Assembly: GCA_030704615.1 (NCBI GenBank)
Contig: CM060731.1
Coordinates: 20,088,001-20,152,000 of the forward strand
Direction: 5' to 3'
Source of the DNA: Takakia lepidozioides
Lineage: Eukaryota; Plantae; Bryophyta
Length of the DNA stretch: 64,000 nt
Below, piece after piece: positions 37,301-51,778 of this stretch. Under the pieces are notes generated by a model. That model made no database searches. It worked only from the letters and a program-made list of their open reading frames with translations, and had not been told where the DNA came from. The first letter of the stretch is position 1. Each line of letters begins with the position of its first letter. Position numbers and translations under genes: made by a program.

Positions 37301-38686
37301 TGGGAGCGACCGCTCACAAATCAGGCCCCTTAATGATAGTTAGAGGAGAAACTAACCTCTTTCATAGTACCCTTGCCACGAGGCGGCAAACACAAGGCTC
37401 AGGGGACACTGCCCAAGGGATTATTTGTGTTCTTGCAAAAGTGCATCATGGTGACAACGGTGTCCTGCTGTCTAATCAGATGGTTGGTCAAATTGCTTTC
37501 TGCTTAAACTTCATAATTCAGTAGACAAGAAATTTAACTGTAAACATGTGCACCTTATTCCGTGCACAGTTATTAAAATAGTACAATGAGCATTAGTAAT
37601 TCTCAGGGTTGCGTTCACATTTGAGTGACTGGATCATTATCTGTGGTACTAGGCCTCAGAGCAAGGGCAGTGGCGGATGTCTTTCGTCTTACCGTCCAAG
37701 TACAGTGACAACACACCATTACCCAAGGATGCCTCTGTTGAAATAAAGAGAGTGCCCGCCAAGACGGTTGCGGTTGTGGCCTTCTCCGGTTTCCTTCTTT
37801 TGCCTTCATCTCAAAATTGCTGCAAGGGATTGTCTGTATTGTGGTAAAATGCTTATAGTTGGCCCTTGCTCAAGACTCCTTCAGCACAGAACATTTAGTG
37901 GTCGACACAGAACTTCTGAATCTTTGAAGATAGGGTGGTGTATCTATTGTCCGCCCTAAAGCTGCATATCCACTTCTTCCTTGTCTGCAGCTGTTGATTA
38001 GATGATACCAATATGTGTCTCACTCGTCCATATCCAGCATCTCATAGTCATCTTGAAGGGCTCTGTCGCAACTACTTCTAAACTCTAATCTCCATATGTA
38101 TGTTAGGTGTGGTCAATCTGATGTAATTGTCTCTGGGCTTAGGGTTTCTGACGGATAAAGAAGTGAAAAAGAGAGAGCAAGCACTACGGCGGTCTCTCTT
38201 GAAGGACCGAGAAGTTCGTGTGAAGATGTCTGCACAGGCAGAGGTTGCTCAGGTGGGTGGATGGTCTGATTGGTGATTGTTGGATTATACATGGTGTTGT
38301 ACCCAGGGCTAAAATTGCAGGGAGGTGAAAGGGGTGGGGGGGGCAAGTCTGCCTCTGCATTGTGCTCTAGAAAGAAACCACATTTATCCTTCCTTTCACT
38401 GCTGATTGTCAGGTTGTGAGGCCATGCCTGCCCACTATTCCATGATAATGGTATTCCTTGTTTTTGTATGATTTCATGTTTACATCATGCCAGGCCTCCA
38501 GGGGTATGAAGGAGTTTGATTTAGGCCAAACTATCTGGCCCTTGTCTCACAAGTATGGACTCGAGGAGCTAATGCTTCTTTCTCTTACGTGTGCATGTGC
38601 AGTTCAACCCTCCCTTCACACCCCCGTTCATGCGACGCAATGAAGTTGCTTTGGAAGTTGAATCAATCAAAGCCTCAATTTCCTAA
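34329..38686 (+). CDS. Chloroplast SOUL heme-binding protein (At3g10130-like); exons 34329-34518, 35393-35479, 35790-35860, 36209-36310, 37112-37213, 37653-37788, 38143-38252, 38603-38686
   Basis: Transit-peptide-like N terminus; [64 protein letters not shown]. Splice phases are consistent. Confidence 0.92.
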
Positions 38687-39588
38687 GCACTCAGATCTCT
38701 ACTGCTGTATATACTTGACAACAAGTAACCTCACTGAGGGTTCACAACCTATACAATATCACACCATTATCTACACATGTGCAGCAGTTTAGAAGGTCAA
38801 AGCTACTTGGTATTGTACAAAATGTAGGGGACTGCAAGAAACAGAGATGGTTAAGAATGTACTCATAAGACGCCTCTAAAGGAGAGAGAAGCTACATCAG
38901 ACAGCCTATGAAATTTGTTGTCGTGGACACACCATTATGCATGTTTGCTTACAAGTAGCAAATACAGTCCATGTTTGTCAAGAAAGCAAGCTATGATGAT
39001 GCAAGGCTGTGTACTGGGAAGTAAGTTCAGCACAGTGTCTTGCCTGTTCACAGTGCAGTCCACGGAAGGTGGCAACTAAAAGAACTGTGCGTTTGATTGT
39101 TTGCTAAAATGCATGAGGGGAACAACCAGATCGTAGGTAATACTCCAGGCCGAAAACAGTCAAAACCCTGCAATCATGAGGAGAGATGCGTTTGCAGTTT
39201 GGACAGTGCTGTCTGTGTGTCTGCCACCTCTGATTCTTAAGACTCCACAATTCGTGCGGAGAAGTTGAGGGGGAGGGAGATCGTTGCGAACTCCGAGGAT
39301 CGTGAGGGTCATGGATGCTCCACACGCGGCAGGCATGGCAAGCGCCTGAGGGTACTGCTGTTGCCGTAGACGACGGGCATATGTAAGAGAGCCGAGAGAA
39401 AGCTGCGCAGGTCGCCTTTTGGTGGATCATGCAAAGAAGTTCAGTGCGGAGGAGGTTGTGAGGGAGTATCTCTTTGTCATTGCTGTCATATGCCGTCGTC
39501 CGTCTGCTACTAGTTGGGTTTTTGCTTGTGGGTTGATCTTCTTCGATCTGCGAACAAGGGTATTTCAAGTAGTCTTTGCTTGGGGTAG

Positions 39589-40599
39589 ATGGAGGCTATG
39601 GCAGCAATGGGTTCGTTGTATCTTCCAAGTCGATCAGTTCTTTCTGCTTCTCTTCTTGGAGGAAAGTCCTCTGAAGTTTCCAGAAATAGAGTTAGTGCCT
39701 CTGTCTCGCTCCGTGCCTCGCAGATTAGTTCAGGTAGATCACGAGCTAGTTTGTCGAGGCGGAAATATTTAGCATTACCGCTTGGTGGATCTTGCGATGG
39801 TTCTTCGAGGAACAGATGCTCTACTAAGAAATTGCAGAGTGCTGCTCGAGCTTCTCAAGACGAGCCGGCATCGGTGGATGCAAAAGTGGACGAGGCTGCG
39901 GACGATCTAGAGAAGGAAGCTGATCAATCCAAGGAAGCTTGGAACAAGGCAGTAGATAACCTCAAGGGAGAAGTAAAAAACCTGCAAGGTTTCTCTGAAG
40001 AATCTGCCACTAGAGCTGCTGAGGTCCTGCGGGATACTACAGAGCAGTTGCTAGAGCAAGCTGAAAAGGCAAGAGCAGTGTTGGCAGCAACGGCACAAGA
40101 AACAGCTGTTCAAGGGAAGTTGAATCTGTCATACGTTGCAGAGAATGCTCCTGATCCCATCAAGGACATTGCTGAAACCGCTCTCTCGGCCCACTACTCG
40201 GAAAACCAAAAGCGTGGCGCCACGATCCATGATTTCTGCCTTGGCATTCCATACGGCGGTCTCCTGGTAGCTGGAGGTCTACTCTGGTTCATAGTTGCAG
40301 GAAGCACATCCGCCATTCGGTTTGGAGTACTTCTGGGAGGACTACTGCTTGCGTTGAGTGTGACCAGCTTGAAGGTGTGGAAGCAAGGCGAATCGTCCTT
40401 GCCGTACATTCAGGGTCAGGCAGCGATTGCATTTATCATCTTTTTCAGGTTCATCCGGAGATATTCAGTAACGAAGGTGTTCTTCCCGACCGGTGTCACA
40501 GCGATTGCCAGTGCTGCAATGTTGGCCTTCTACGCTTATGTGTTCCTGTCTGGTGGGAATCCTCCCCCGAAAGCTAAAAAAACAGAGACGGTAGCTTGA
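39589..40599 (+). CDS. FAX3: Plastid FATTY ACID EXPORT (Tmemb_14) protein, long FAX3-like type, single exon
   Basis: Ser/Arg-rich transit peptide, helical linker, then IHDFCLGIPYGG, four TM segments and GGNPPPK. Confidence 0.85.
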   Translation: MEAMAAMGSLYLPSRSVLSASLLGGKSSEVSRNRVSASVSLRASQISSGRSRASLSRRKYLALPLGGSCDGSSRNRCSTKKLQSAARASQDEPASVDAKVDEAADDLEKEADQSKEAWNKAVDNLKGEVKNLQGFSEESATRAAEVLRDTTEQLLEQAEKARAVLAATAQETAVQGKLNLSYVAENAPDPIKDIAETALSAHYSENQKRGATIHDFCLGIPYGGLLVAGGLLWFIVAGSTSAIRFGVLLGGLLLALSVTSLKVWKQGESSLPYIQGQAAIAFIIFFRFIRRYSVTKVFFPTGVTAIASAAMLAFYAYVFLSGGNPPPKAKKTETVA

Positions 40600-42295
40600 G
40601 AGACTGTGGTTGTTTGTGTAGCTGTGGCTGTAGTTGCGTTTGGTTCCGTGTTTTTGGCGAGGATCCCAGGGGGTTTGGAGCCTAATTTGCTCACGGTAAA
40701 GGATGGTTCATATAGGCACGATCATGCATTAGATTTCGTTCTGATAACCACTCAAGCAAGTTTGCGACCTTCACTTCGCTAGGGTTTGCAGAGGCGTCAT
40801 TTGATCCTTGGATTATGGTCACACAAACGAGATGTTCTCTGAGTTAAGAAATCATGGACACCAGACTCCCTCTTTGTGGGGCTGGATGGCCAACACTCTA
40901 TGTGGTGTTGTGATTCGGAGTGAGTAAAAGTTGTGATCAGCTTCTGCCGGCACTTGAGCAGACAAGTCAGTTGTGGGCTCAGTGTGTCTGGCCATAACAA
41001 AGCCCTTGTGCATAGACAGTCTGATTGTTATATGATGTACGGGACTTGCTGCTGAGGTCTATAGTTGTAGTGGAGACAGAGACTTGGATGGGGCATTACC
41101 TTGGCAAGATGATTGTGGAAGTACAACTGATAGCCCCACAAGATGGCTTGGCCTGGCACCTGAAATAAATAGAGGATGCACCTCTTCTGCAATCGAATGC
41201 AGAGGGCCCGAGGTTAAATTTCTGCATAGGATGTCTTTTTGAGCAATCAGCATGTGTTCACTTGGTTCTGCCAAGTGTGACCAAGCAAAGTCAGGATGCT
41301 TTGCAGCCCAGAAGCCTGTGAAGAGCGGCCGCAGCTTGCTGTACTGCAATCATGCAGTATAGAAGACTGACTGCTCATGGAGGTTCCTCTGGAAGTTAGG
41401 TTTCAGGCTCTAACACTTGACCATTTGTCAGGGGACCATTTGTAATATCATGGCTATATCCATGGCTTTTGGTTGGGAAGTTACTTCAGACCAAGGGGCT
41501 GACTTGGCCTGAACTTGGTAGGTGATGCACCTTCATCTGGGGGAGCTGGTTCTTTCTGGTTTTGTCCTTACCTTCACAGCATTGAAAGACTTTGCAGCTC
41601 TTTTGGGTGAAATATATAAGCCCGTACAGCACAAATATGTTTGACCTTGGGATTAATGTAAGGTCATAACTGGAACATGTTTGCTTATTTTACATTCAGA
41701 ATCATTGTCTCCTTCTAATGTGATTTCCAGGGCTTTTTCTTTCCCTATACACTGTGCTGTAAACTCATTTCAGGAACTTGTCATCTTTCTGCTCTACAAG
41801 TTTTTCAGTGGCAAAATAGCGTGACTGCACATGGGTATGGCATGTACACGTGTGGATAGGAACTAAATTTGGATAAGCAAAGCCCACTTGCGCATCATCT
41901 AAGATGACGCCCCAATCAATTCAGAACCACCCAAATAGCCCACTTTTACTTAGTTTATGAGCCTCCATTGAACATACCTAACTGAGACATCTGTTTCAAG
42001 GAGACAGCACCAGTCCAGAATGCTAAGTCAAGTTAGCTACATGGGTGGCAGAACTGGTAGCAACAGTGCTCAATCTCAAGCAGCAAGACTAGCTTGCCAA
42101 ATGTCTATAAAGAGAGAGTATAAACTGGATTTGAAGACTCTTCATGAGTCAATCCGACAATGCCATGTACTGATGGTGCAACTGGCATGTTACAATCCCA
42201 TGCCCTCACACAGATTACTACAACGAATCCAAGATACCAAAATTGGCACAGGCAATGAGAAAGGGAGGGCTTAATTTAGCTCAAAGACGGGGCCA

Positions 42296-45200
42296 TCAAA
42301 ACCCATCGGTCGTGAGCAACCGAATGAGTGCAATGACCACAGGGCTAGACGATATGTCTACAGCCGGCCGTTGAATCTTTTCTAGAAGTAATGCATCTAC
42401 CTTCATGCGCAGCTCCCTTATGAGAACTGCAATGCGCGCCGGAGCTTCGAATTGTAACCAATCATCAACTGTAACTACCTGTCTTTCATGCTTCACCTTA
42501 ATTTCACCACCAAACAAAAGCAAAGCATAAGCCGGCACCATGGTACTCTCTCTCAGAAACACCTTTGAAGTTCTCACTTTCTCTGTAAAAACAAGCCAGG
42601 GACTTTCAAAATATCCTAGAGAGAAATTAACGCTGCCTGGATGTAAAAATACCCGCCCATCTTCCTTCATGAACAATCGAAGCTCATGGGCAGCGGCCGT
42701 TTTTACCACTGTTCCCCCCTCTGTTTGCACATAAGTTTTGTCTGGGTGATGCACACGCACAATGTTGGGATAAAAGCCAGCACAAATCAAGGCTTTCACC
42801 ACACGGATGCTGTTTGCATTTGCATGAAATGGGCTTGCTGCAAGATTGTAGTCTCTTCCACCTTTCACCAATGAATTCCCACTGGCAGTGACTCCTGGAA
42901 GAAATCCAAGATCTACCAGAATTCTCAGGTACTCAGACCGGCTAGCTTCAATAGCAGACAACGTCTCTCTTGACAAGAAGTTTTGGGCACAATACTCACT
43001 CTCGACATTCCAGCCATCTTGCCTTCCACTCACCCATCCATTATATGCAGCTACTACAGCCATATGGTCACTCTTGCTATTTCCTGCAAGCTTCATCCGG
43101 GCAGCAGCAGCTTCCTCACGTTGTTCCATTGGAGAGAGAAAAGGTGAACGCCCACTGAGAGAGGCTGCAATAGTGAGGATAGGGTCAAGGCACTTCAGCA
43201 TGCAAGCGAAGATCAACAGCTTGCCTACCCGTGCATCAACTGGCATCCGTGCCAAGTGTTGACCTAAGGGGGTAAGTCTCTCCCCCTGATCAAGTGCGTT
43301 TAGGTCTTGCAAGCTCTTGAGGGATGACCTGATAGCCTCAGAGGAAGGTGGTGTTAACATCTGGGAGACAATAGCCTCAACTTTTCCTGAAAGTAGAGAT
43401 TTCACCTGCCATAGCCACAGCCAGTCCCATAAAACTCCACAAGTTGTTGCAATACTTGGAATGGAAAATGCACTTGTAAAGGAAGAGCACACCTGGTGAT
43501 AGAATGATATCTAGTGCATCACACAATATAAGTAGTAAGCCACTGGGAATCACTGGGAAGCACTTACCTAGTTCCTCCTTTTGTTCCTGTTTTGGATATC
43601 TCCTTCCACTATTTGAGGGAGTGCCACAACTCTCATACATACAATATATACGCACTCACCAAATCTTATTGCAGACTTGAATCATGTTGGACATTCACAG
43701 AGAAGGAAAGCTGTTATGACAGCAAGAATCAATCTACCAGTTTGGATAAACTCAAATTGGGATTTCTGGGTTCAACAAGGTTGGGCTTGCTGACAAAGAT
43801 CAGACACAAAACCATTACCAAGAGGTTCACCTGTAAGCACAAGCCCTCTAAGGAAACCCGGAGCATTTCTGGTAGTTGTTGCTCTTCAAATTGCTGATAC
43901 TGTTGTCTGCTAAAGAGCCGTACGCAGCAGCCAGGGAGAACCCTTCCAGCACGCCCACATCTTTGCTGTGCATTTGCCTTGGACACCCATGTGTCTTCTA
44001 AGCAAGAGAGACCCCTGTTATGGTCGTACCTCATCTCCTTGTGGCGCCCGCAATCTATCACATACCTGTGTGCAAGCACAAGCAGAAATGTTACCGAACA
44101 TGTGTCTAATAAAGTAACTTCTTTCACATCCAGGCATTTTGCATTGCAAATTGCTTTAACACTGGACTGCTCATCCATGGCCCGAGACTGGTCGACAACA
44201 TAACTGGAATCACCTGGGTCTAGCCAGATGACACTCTGATCGAAAGGAAAAACAGTAACTATGAGCTTAAAGATGCAAAGGAGACGGAGAGAGATATTAC
44301 ACAACATCGTCGATGGTTATACTAGTCTCAGCAATGTTAGTGGCCAAAACAACCTTGCGCACACCAGCAGGGGGCCTCTTGAACACACGCTTCTGCTCCA
44401 CCCCAGACAACGATCCATGCAGGGCCAACACCCACAGACCACCAAGGCTACATGCTGCCATTTGAGTGGATGATTGCAACCGTCTCTGAAGTCTTCGAAT
44501 CTCCAGCATACCAGGGAGAAAGACAAGAATCGCACCAGCTTTGTGCATGTCCCCAGAGTTTGAAGCTAGAGCCCTTCCCTCTGTATTTTCATCACCTTCC
44601 TTGCAGGTAGCAAGAAGGCCATACTTTTCAGATGGCTCTACCTCTTGTTGCAGGATGAAACATATTAGCAGTTCAATCAGCTCAAAATTGATAATACTCT
44701 GATCCACCACACTCAAGGACTGCTTAGTGGCCTCACTGTACATGTCAACGCCTGTGGTCTCTGGATTCTCACGCTCATCAAGCCGACACTCCCAGCTATC
44801 AATCTCTTTGACGAATGAAGAACCACCCTGGCTTGAAGGTAGAGCTGACTCTGAGAGCTCTGTATGGCTGGGTTTCTTTCGCAAAGCGTACCGGGAATTT
44901 CGCCCGACCTTGTAACCTGTCAGCTCTAGTGCATCGTCCAAGTAAAGTTCCCGCACAGGGAATGTGAAACCAGGTATGTTCATCACAGGCGTCTTATACC
45001 CCAGAATCTGTGTGAAGTAGTCAGCGAAGAGGCCAGCATCCACTGTAGCTGACATCAAGATTACACGGAGTGTGTTGTCCCCTCTTGATATCACACCCCA
45101 CACAACCACCCCAAGTCAAATGATTTTTGCTGAAATTCCAGAGGGGTTCCAACAAGTAGCCCTTAATGAGGTTTCCATATGCAGAGTATGCATTTTTGAT

Positions 45201-48200
45201 GCATAAGGCATGTCTCACGTTTCTTTGCTATTGATTGCCAACAATCAGACCCAACATGTAGCCTGGTAAACACCATTCATTCAAATACAGGAGGGGAGGG
45301 AAATAGTCTACCCTACCTTTGTAGAAGCTGCCGCAGGAGCAAGAGGAGAAGGTCACTTTCCAGAGTGCGCTCGTGCACCTCATCAACCAGTACATGGGTC
45401 ACACCATTAAAACCTGGGTCTGATAACAAGCGCCGCAGTAGGATGCCAGTCGTGCAAAACAGCAACCTGGTGCGATGGGACCGGCAACTGTCGAGTCGGA
45501 CTGAGTAGCCCACCTGAAACAGAAAAAGGTCTGCTTACTCTTTGCACTGAGTTCTTCTGGCCCTTACCATGTTGCAGGCAAGATAGCAGACCATGATCAT
45601 GGTCCACCGTAATCATAAATTAGACTTGGAGCCGCGCTTACAATCACCTGTACTTGCAGAAGCATTGAGGGAGTGGGTTGGGCAAAAGTATTTTTGGAAA
45701 ACGATAGAATAGTGTTTTCACCAAGAGTATACTATCATTTACAGTTTTAATCAAGTGAATCAAAGAAATTTGTTCAAACTGGAGGAAAGAATTAAAGAAA
45801 AAATGTTAATATTATGCATGGTCTGTCCAAACCTACGAGAGGTTTAAGACCACAATACCCTGATCCCAAACCCTGTTTGGACAAAGCAGAAGGATAGCAG
45901 CAAGACAGCAGCACCCAGAAACATACGGGATCCGCAGATCAAACAAGAAACTCACAGTAACACCAACAACTTGGCCTCTTTCCTTTGCCACACGATCAGC
46001 CAACCCAATGGCAGACAGCCTCCTTGGCTGTGTGCATACGATATTGCATTCTCCCCCTTTGCCTAGTTCAATAAAATCCTCCAGAACATACTGTGGTACC
46101 TGTAGATCATTGTTACTGTTCCCATTAATGTGCCGAGAATGCTTTGCCAGGCAAATACAGCTGCTATTAAATATGATGCTTGGAGAGATCCATATATACC
46201 TAAGATTCTAGTAATTGCAAAATTCCCACATGGGTCCCCACCTCTTGGCTAAGTACACAGTCACTCATTAGAATGCTCTGGCCTTGGTCATTGGCCGAAG
46301 TACTAGAAATCAAAACATTTCTATCCACATAAATACAACAACAATAATCCAAGGCCATCCATCATCTTGTTATTCTTCACAGAACATTGACTGACTGCAA
46401 GAAATCTTATCCAAAATAGAATCTCACAAGAATTGTAAGCATGCGAGAAGCTAGACGTGGTCAGAAAGAGGTGACACATACCTGTGTACTTTTCCCACAG
46501 CCTGTCTGACCACACACAATGGTAACAGAAGAACCATTAAATGCTTGTAGCAGATCACCCCTCTTCTTGTATGCAGGCAACTTTTCCCTGACCCCACGCA
46601 TCTCAGCATGCCTTGCTGACTTTTGCCATCCCTCCCACTCATCCTTCAACCTCACACTCTCCAGGAAACTATCAGCAGCACCCTTTCTAGACAGCTCCAT
46701 GGTTGTAGCTCCTGATGCACTTTCCTCTACTTTTGTTTGTGCCTGCGTAAGTCTCCCGGTGTCTGCGTATGTGTCTGTGTCCATGCTTTTCTGCCATGGT
46801 GTCTGTCGTAACCCACCTCCTTGCTGCAGGTCTGACACTTTGTTGACCTGGAGTTTCCTCAGTGCTGGGGGTACATAAATTACAGCAGGATTACAAGGTG
46901 AACTTATGGCTTTGCTGTGAGGTGTAGAAGCCGTTGTTAACTCCACACTGTCTGGATGTGTAGAAAATTGTTCAGGACCCAAAACATTGTCTAGCACACC
47001 CAATTCCATCTCCAGACTGCTTTCAGGCCTTAAGTCCTCATCAAGGGAAAAATTGGCTGCTGGCAAATCATCAGGAGTACTCCCATACTCAAGCAGCAGC
47101 AACTGTCCCACATCAGTGGCTGAGCAAACAAGGTCATAGAGCATAGGTGCACCCACCAGTTGCAATGCACATTCTCCCACCTTTCTGGTCAGCTCTAGCA
47201 GAAATTCTGAGGGAAATTCCTTACTTTGAAAGGCTATGATTGGGATCTCATAGGGATAATGGCACCCAGGAGGTAGTCTCACCTGCATGTACAGTGACAG
47301 CAGTCTAATAAGATTCTCTGTTTCGAACATCTTGCGAGAGAGCTAATCATTTCGTGGATGATTAATCCCCCTCTACGGAACAGATTTTGAATGGCTCCTA
47401 GACCAACAATGTCAATTGTGAGTAGCCACCTCTGCAACATTGAGGTAATCACTGCAAGCTTCCATCTGCACCGGCATTCTTGCCTCCTTGTGTTAAGCCT
47501 CTTACATATCCAAGTGCGTTGCAGCATTAGCCAGCAATAAAGGCCCGGAATTGATGCATCCAATGCATCAATGAGTGACCTCGAGTAACATCCCAGGCAC
47601 ATTGGGTTTTCATCTTTTTTACACCTCAACTGCTGCATTTGGATTTTAAACAGGTCGTTCCTGAATACAATTTTACCGTTGTGCTTTGGCTAACAATGTC
47701 ACCTAAAGCTCTGAATTTCTAATGGGCTTGTAGTCTCAACAGGCCAACCATATAACAGCAGCATTATCATAGGCAATCATTGGTAGGGCTCTCTATGGGG
47801 TCCTAAGAGTCACATAAGCCTTATCAACCAACATATATAAGGTTGTGCCCAACCCAATGGAAAATTCCCAGGAGCATCCACAGTTCAATTCTTGTGCGCA
47901 CAACATTGTCCAGCAGGCAGTCAGCATGCCAGCACCAGCCTCCCACCATGATCAATAAGGACATGTAACAGCTTACGACAGGTTAAAAGTACGAAGAAGG
48001 GGGAGGAAGAAAAGAAGGCTTACCTCCATGTCTAGTGGCACTTCATTGTTGTCTTCAAAAGATATCTCAAATTTCAGAAAATTTTCTGATAAAGAGATGT
48101 TTTCTTCTCCAAAGATGGACTGGAGGGCCACCACTTCTTCGGTTCTCATATCCGCAAGCTCTTCATTGGTCTCACTCACATCACTTTGGCACGACTCAAG

Positions 48201-51200
48201 ACACAAACCTCCCATGACAGCCTTAAAGAGGCTGCACAAGGCCAATGACTCGTCACCATCCGCCTCTAACAGAGCTGCGATGCAGTCATCAACAGCATAC
48301 CCGTACTCTTGTAATCGCACCACACTCTGACTTTCAACATCTGCATAACCATTAGGTACAAGTTTTCCTCTCACCAAAACCTGGACGGAGGCATTAGATG
48401 ATTCTGGTGCAAATTTTGCTGGGAGTTCATGCTCAGACACATTGAGAACCAGCCAGTCAAGAGCTCTCGAAAGCTCATGCCGCTCAGCCAGAGCTGCATT
48501 TACATGCTGTTGCTTGAATCCCATTTGCAGCAGCTGGGTCCTGAGACGGCCCTTAGCTGAGGAACCCAAAGAGAGGCTGCCGTCTACAGGCACACTGTTT
48601 GTTGTCAAGGACATTGTGTCTTTATGTTGGTAACTTCTCTCCCTGTATTCCCACTTTGCAAAACCCTGCACACAGCCATTGGGTATTTAACTACACTTGC
48701 ATGAACATTTTCAGTTACAGTTGTCAGATACACTGCAAATGGCTCCAACATGTACAGGGAGCATGCCAGGCAGGCACCAGAAGTCAATGAGATCGAGAAT
48801 GTGTGTAAGTGGGAGTTTCTTAACTACAGAGTTGATGTCATACGTGTGCCCTTTTTAGCCCAATATAAGAGGCTACCTTTCTCAGGGGCTCACTCCAGCA
48901 GTGGAACAATTGGTTCGGGCTTTCCAGACTTCCTCTAGAAAGCCCTTCACACAAGTATGTGTGAGACGCCCAGCAATTAAACCCCAACAGGCCAGGCATT
49001 AGTCAAAATTTTGAAAGTTGGTGAACAAAGGTGAAGGGACTATGTTCTTGATGGTCCTGAAGAGGGTCACTCTCTGATGAGAATACCAGAGAATAGTATC
49101 AGAAAATGGACATTGTCTTCAGGCAGCCTGCCCGTCGGGCATCAATAATCTCCTTTTCCTCTCTGCATCTGGTTATTGATCAAATGTAGACTCGGTGCCC
49201 TGGGTTTAGTCTAGTACCGAGGGTAGGTAGGCCCTTCAGATCATCCTTAACGTCCTCACCCATGTCACAAACTGGAGACAAGTTTAGGGAAGTTATATGC
49301 CTAACTTCATTTGTTCAGACATTCCTCATGCTTTTGGGATGACCTTAGACACTTCAGCCTCCACATAAGGCCATTTAGCAGAGTTCTTCCTGCCCTTCAG
49401 GTACTTGAAAATCTCCTTACCCTTTTCCAGCAGGACTTAGCCTGTTTAACCGGCCGGTCTTTCCAAGAAATAGAGTTGATCATCTTAGGGTATCTGGTAT
49501 TAGGCATGCAATTCAACTGACCACACCATCTGACCTTGAACTCATCACGTTGAGAGCTCAAGGGCGGTACGCAAAAATCGCCCATTAGCTGTTCTAGCAC
49601 ATACTGACATGCTCTCTTTGAGCACCAAAAGCTGAATGGTTTCTAAGGTTTTAGCATGGTTGGAGTTGCCAATCCACACAGCAGATGATACTCCAAGGTA
49701 GGCACAATAACGTTGCAAAGCATGATCCCATTTACTAACCCAAATCCCTCGCTTTCCACATCTTCAAGGAGCTGATTAATGCAAACAGTGAAGAGCAGAG
49801 GGGAGAGGGTGCAACCTTGAGCTACACCTTGGTCAGTGTCAGAGAAATTAGACTTCTGCCCATTAACCATAACACAACTTTAGGTGTTGGCATACAGGTT
49901 GTGAACTATCCACCAAATCCTTCCCCTGATCCCAGAAGACCACAGTCAAAGCCACAGCCCCTTGCACCATACCATGTCATAAGCCATTTTTACATCCAGG
50001 AAGAAGACAAAGGTGGGTTTTCCCTCTTTTTCCTTCCCTGGTCAGTGGGGCTTAGGGTAAAGATATGGTCAACACAGCCCCTATTTCTGCGGAAGCCCGC
50101 TTGACCTTCATGGAAAATACTTCTAAACTCCAAATCAACCTCAGAACGGGTGCTTATTATCCTACAAAACAGGCTGCCAACTGTGATAAGCAGCATAATG
50201 CCACCGTCGTTCCCAGGCTCTTCTCTGTTGCCTTTCTTGTACAGATCGACAATGACAGCCTCTCTCCACCGACTGGGTATTATTAAGTCTTCCAAATAAG
50301 GTTAAAGAGGAGGGCAGGGGCCTCTACCATAGGATCGCCACCATGCTTAGTTAGCTTGTTGACAATGCCATCACACCCACTGGCTTTATAGGCCTTTAGA
50401 TGTTCTATTGTTTCAGCAATCCCTTTGTCAGATACTCTAGTTCATCAGGGCTGTCTTGGATTGTGGGAACAGTTATTTCTACTGTATCCTGCTGGTTTTT
50501 AGAAAACCCTTACTATTCGAGTTAATTTCACGGCCAAGAAGGTTGTATCTCAATATGGCAAATGTTTGCAGGAACTCCTGCAGCTCACAATCGCGGAGGC
50601 CAGGTCTCAATAGAAGTGAGAGACCAACGGGAGGTACTACCAACAATTCTTCCACACCACTTTGACCTGGACTGCAAAGACTACAGATCCCATGATGAAA
50701 TACCTGTGATGCCAAATCAGATCGAGGATCGGCCCCCTCGTCCGGGGATCTCATTCTGTGTCGTATGGAAGTTTCAACATGCTTTGACAGGTTTTCAACC
50801 CTTCCACACCTGCTACTTCCAGTTTCAGAGAGCCCCTCCCACATCCCAGCAACACCTTGATCACTTTCTCCATTCATATCTGAAGTCTGGGCATCCATTC
50901 CACTGGTCAAGGCATTCCCAGTCTCTGAGCCCCTCAGGATGTCTTCTACTAACCGCCGGTTATCCTCACTCATGAAGACAGAATGTAGCTCTCGCTGCAT
51001 CGGCGGTGGCTTTGGTTTTGGTTGTGGTGGATTTGCCTTCAGATAAGCCTTTTGCTCTTCTGCAATTGCATCAAGGTTTCGCCACTGTTGTTTGTAATCC
51101 TCACCAAGAACACGATCCAGCCTGCAAGTATCATGTCTGAATGAATGAAAGCACCGCAGTGTTTTACTGTGGTTTCTGCATGTTACATGCAACTGATGGT

Positions 51201-51747
51201 TCCATGTGGTTGCTCACAAATGTGCTGCCATTATGTGCATATCAAACCGCTTTACCGAATGCTTTACCCTACTGCAGGTCAATGCTGCTTAGATCGATGC
51301 AAGCATTGCTGTATGACCCCGACGAACCACCACTTACTCCAGGGAATCTACCTGGCAAAACCTCCCAATCGTAATTTGCAGAATGTCGCAGACCTATTTC
51401 ACTCACAAAATAGCTTTGTAGTGATCCCAGACTTCTGGATATTCCCCAGGCTACTGGTGAATGAGAAGTAAAGTGAAAATGTTCATTCTCCCTGTTGGAC
51501 TTATTCAAAGGTTTGGTGTCATCAGTTGACTAAAAACGCCTCTGACAAATAACAGCCACGCAATTTGATGACGTTGTCTAAAATGTGTTTAGACAACCAC
51601 CAGCAAAAGGAACCACAAAGGGAATGCTCAGGTGTAATATACCACCAGATCTCAAAGCTTTTGGATAATCCGTGTGTGTACATCCAATATTCCCACCAGA
51701 GTGGTGCCAGCTGCACCCACATGACTATGGATGCACACATGAGCACC

Positions 51748-51778
<31 letters not shown>

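Noticed and set aside
38856-38872. 17-bp match to the family-A LINE 3' end
   Set aside because: Suggestive, and followed by TCT in element sense, but too short and without a TSD.
42540-48330. Multiple + strand ORFs
   Set aside because: Antisense shadows of helicase exons.
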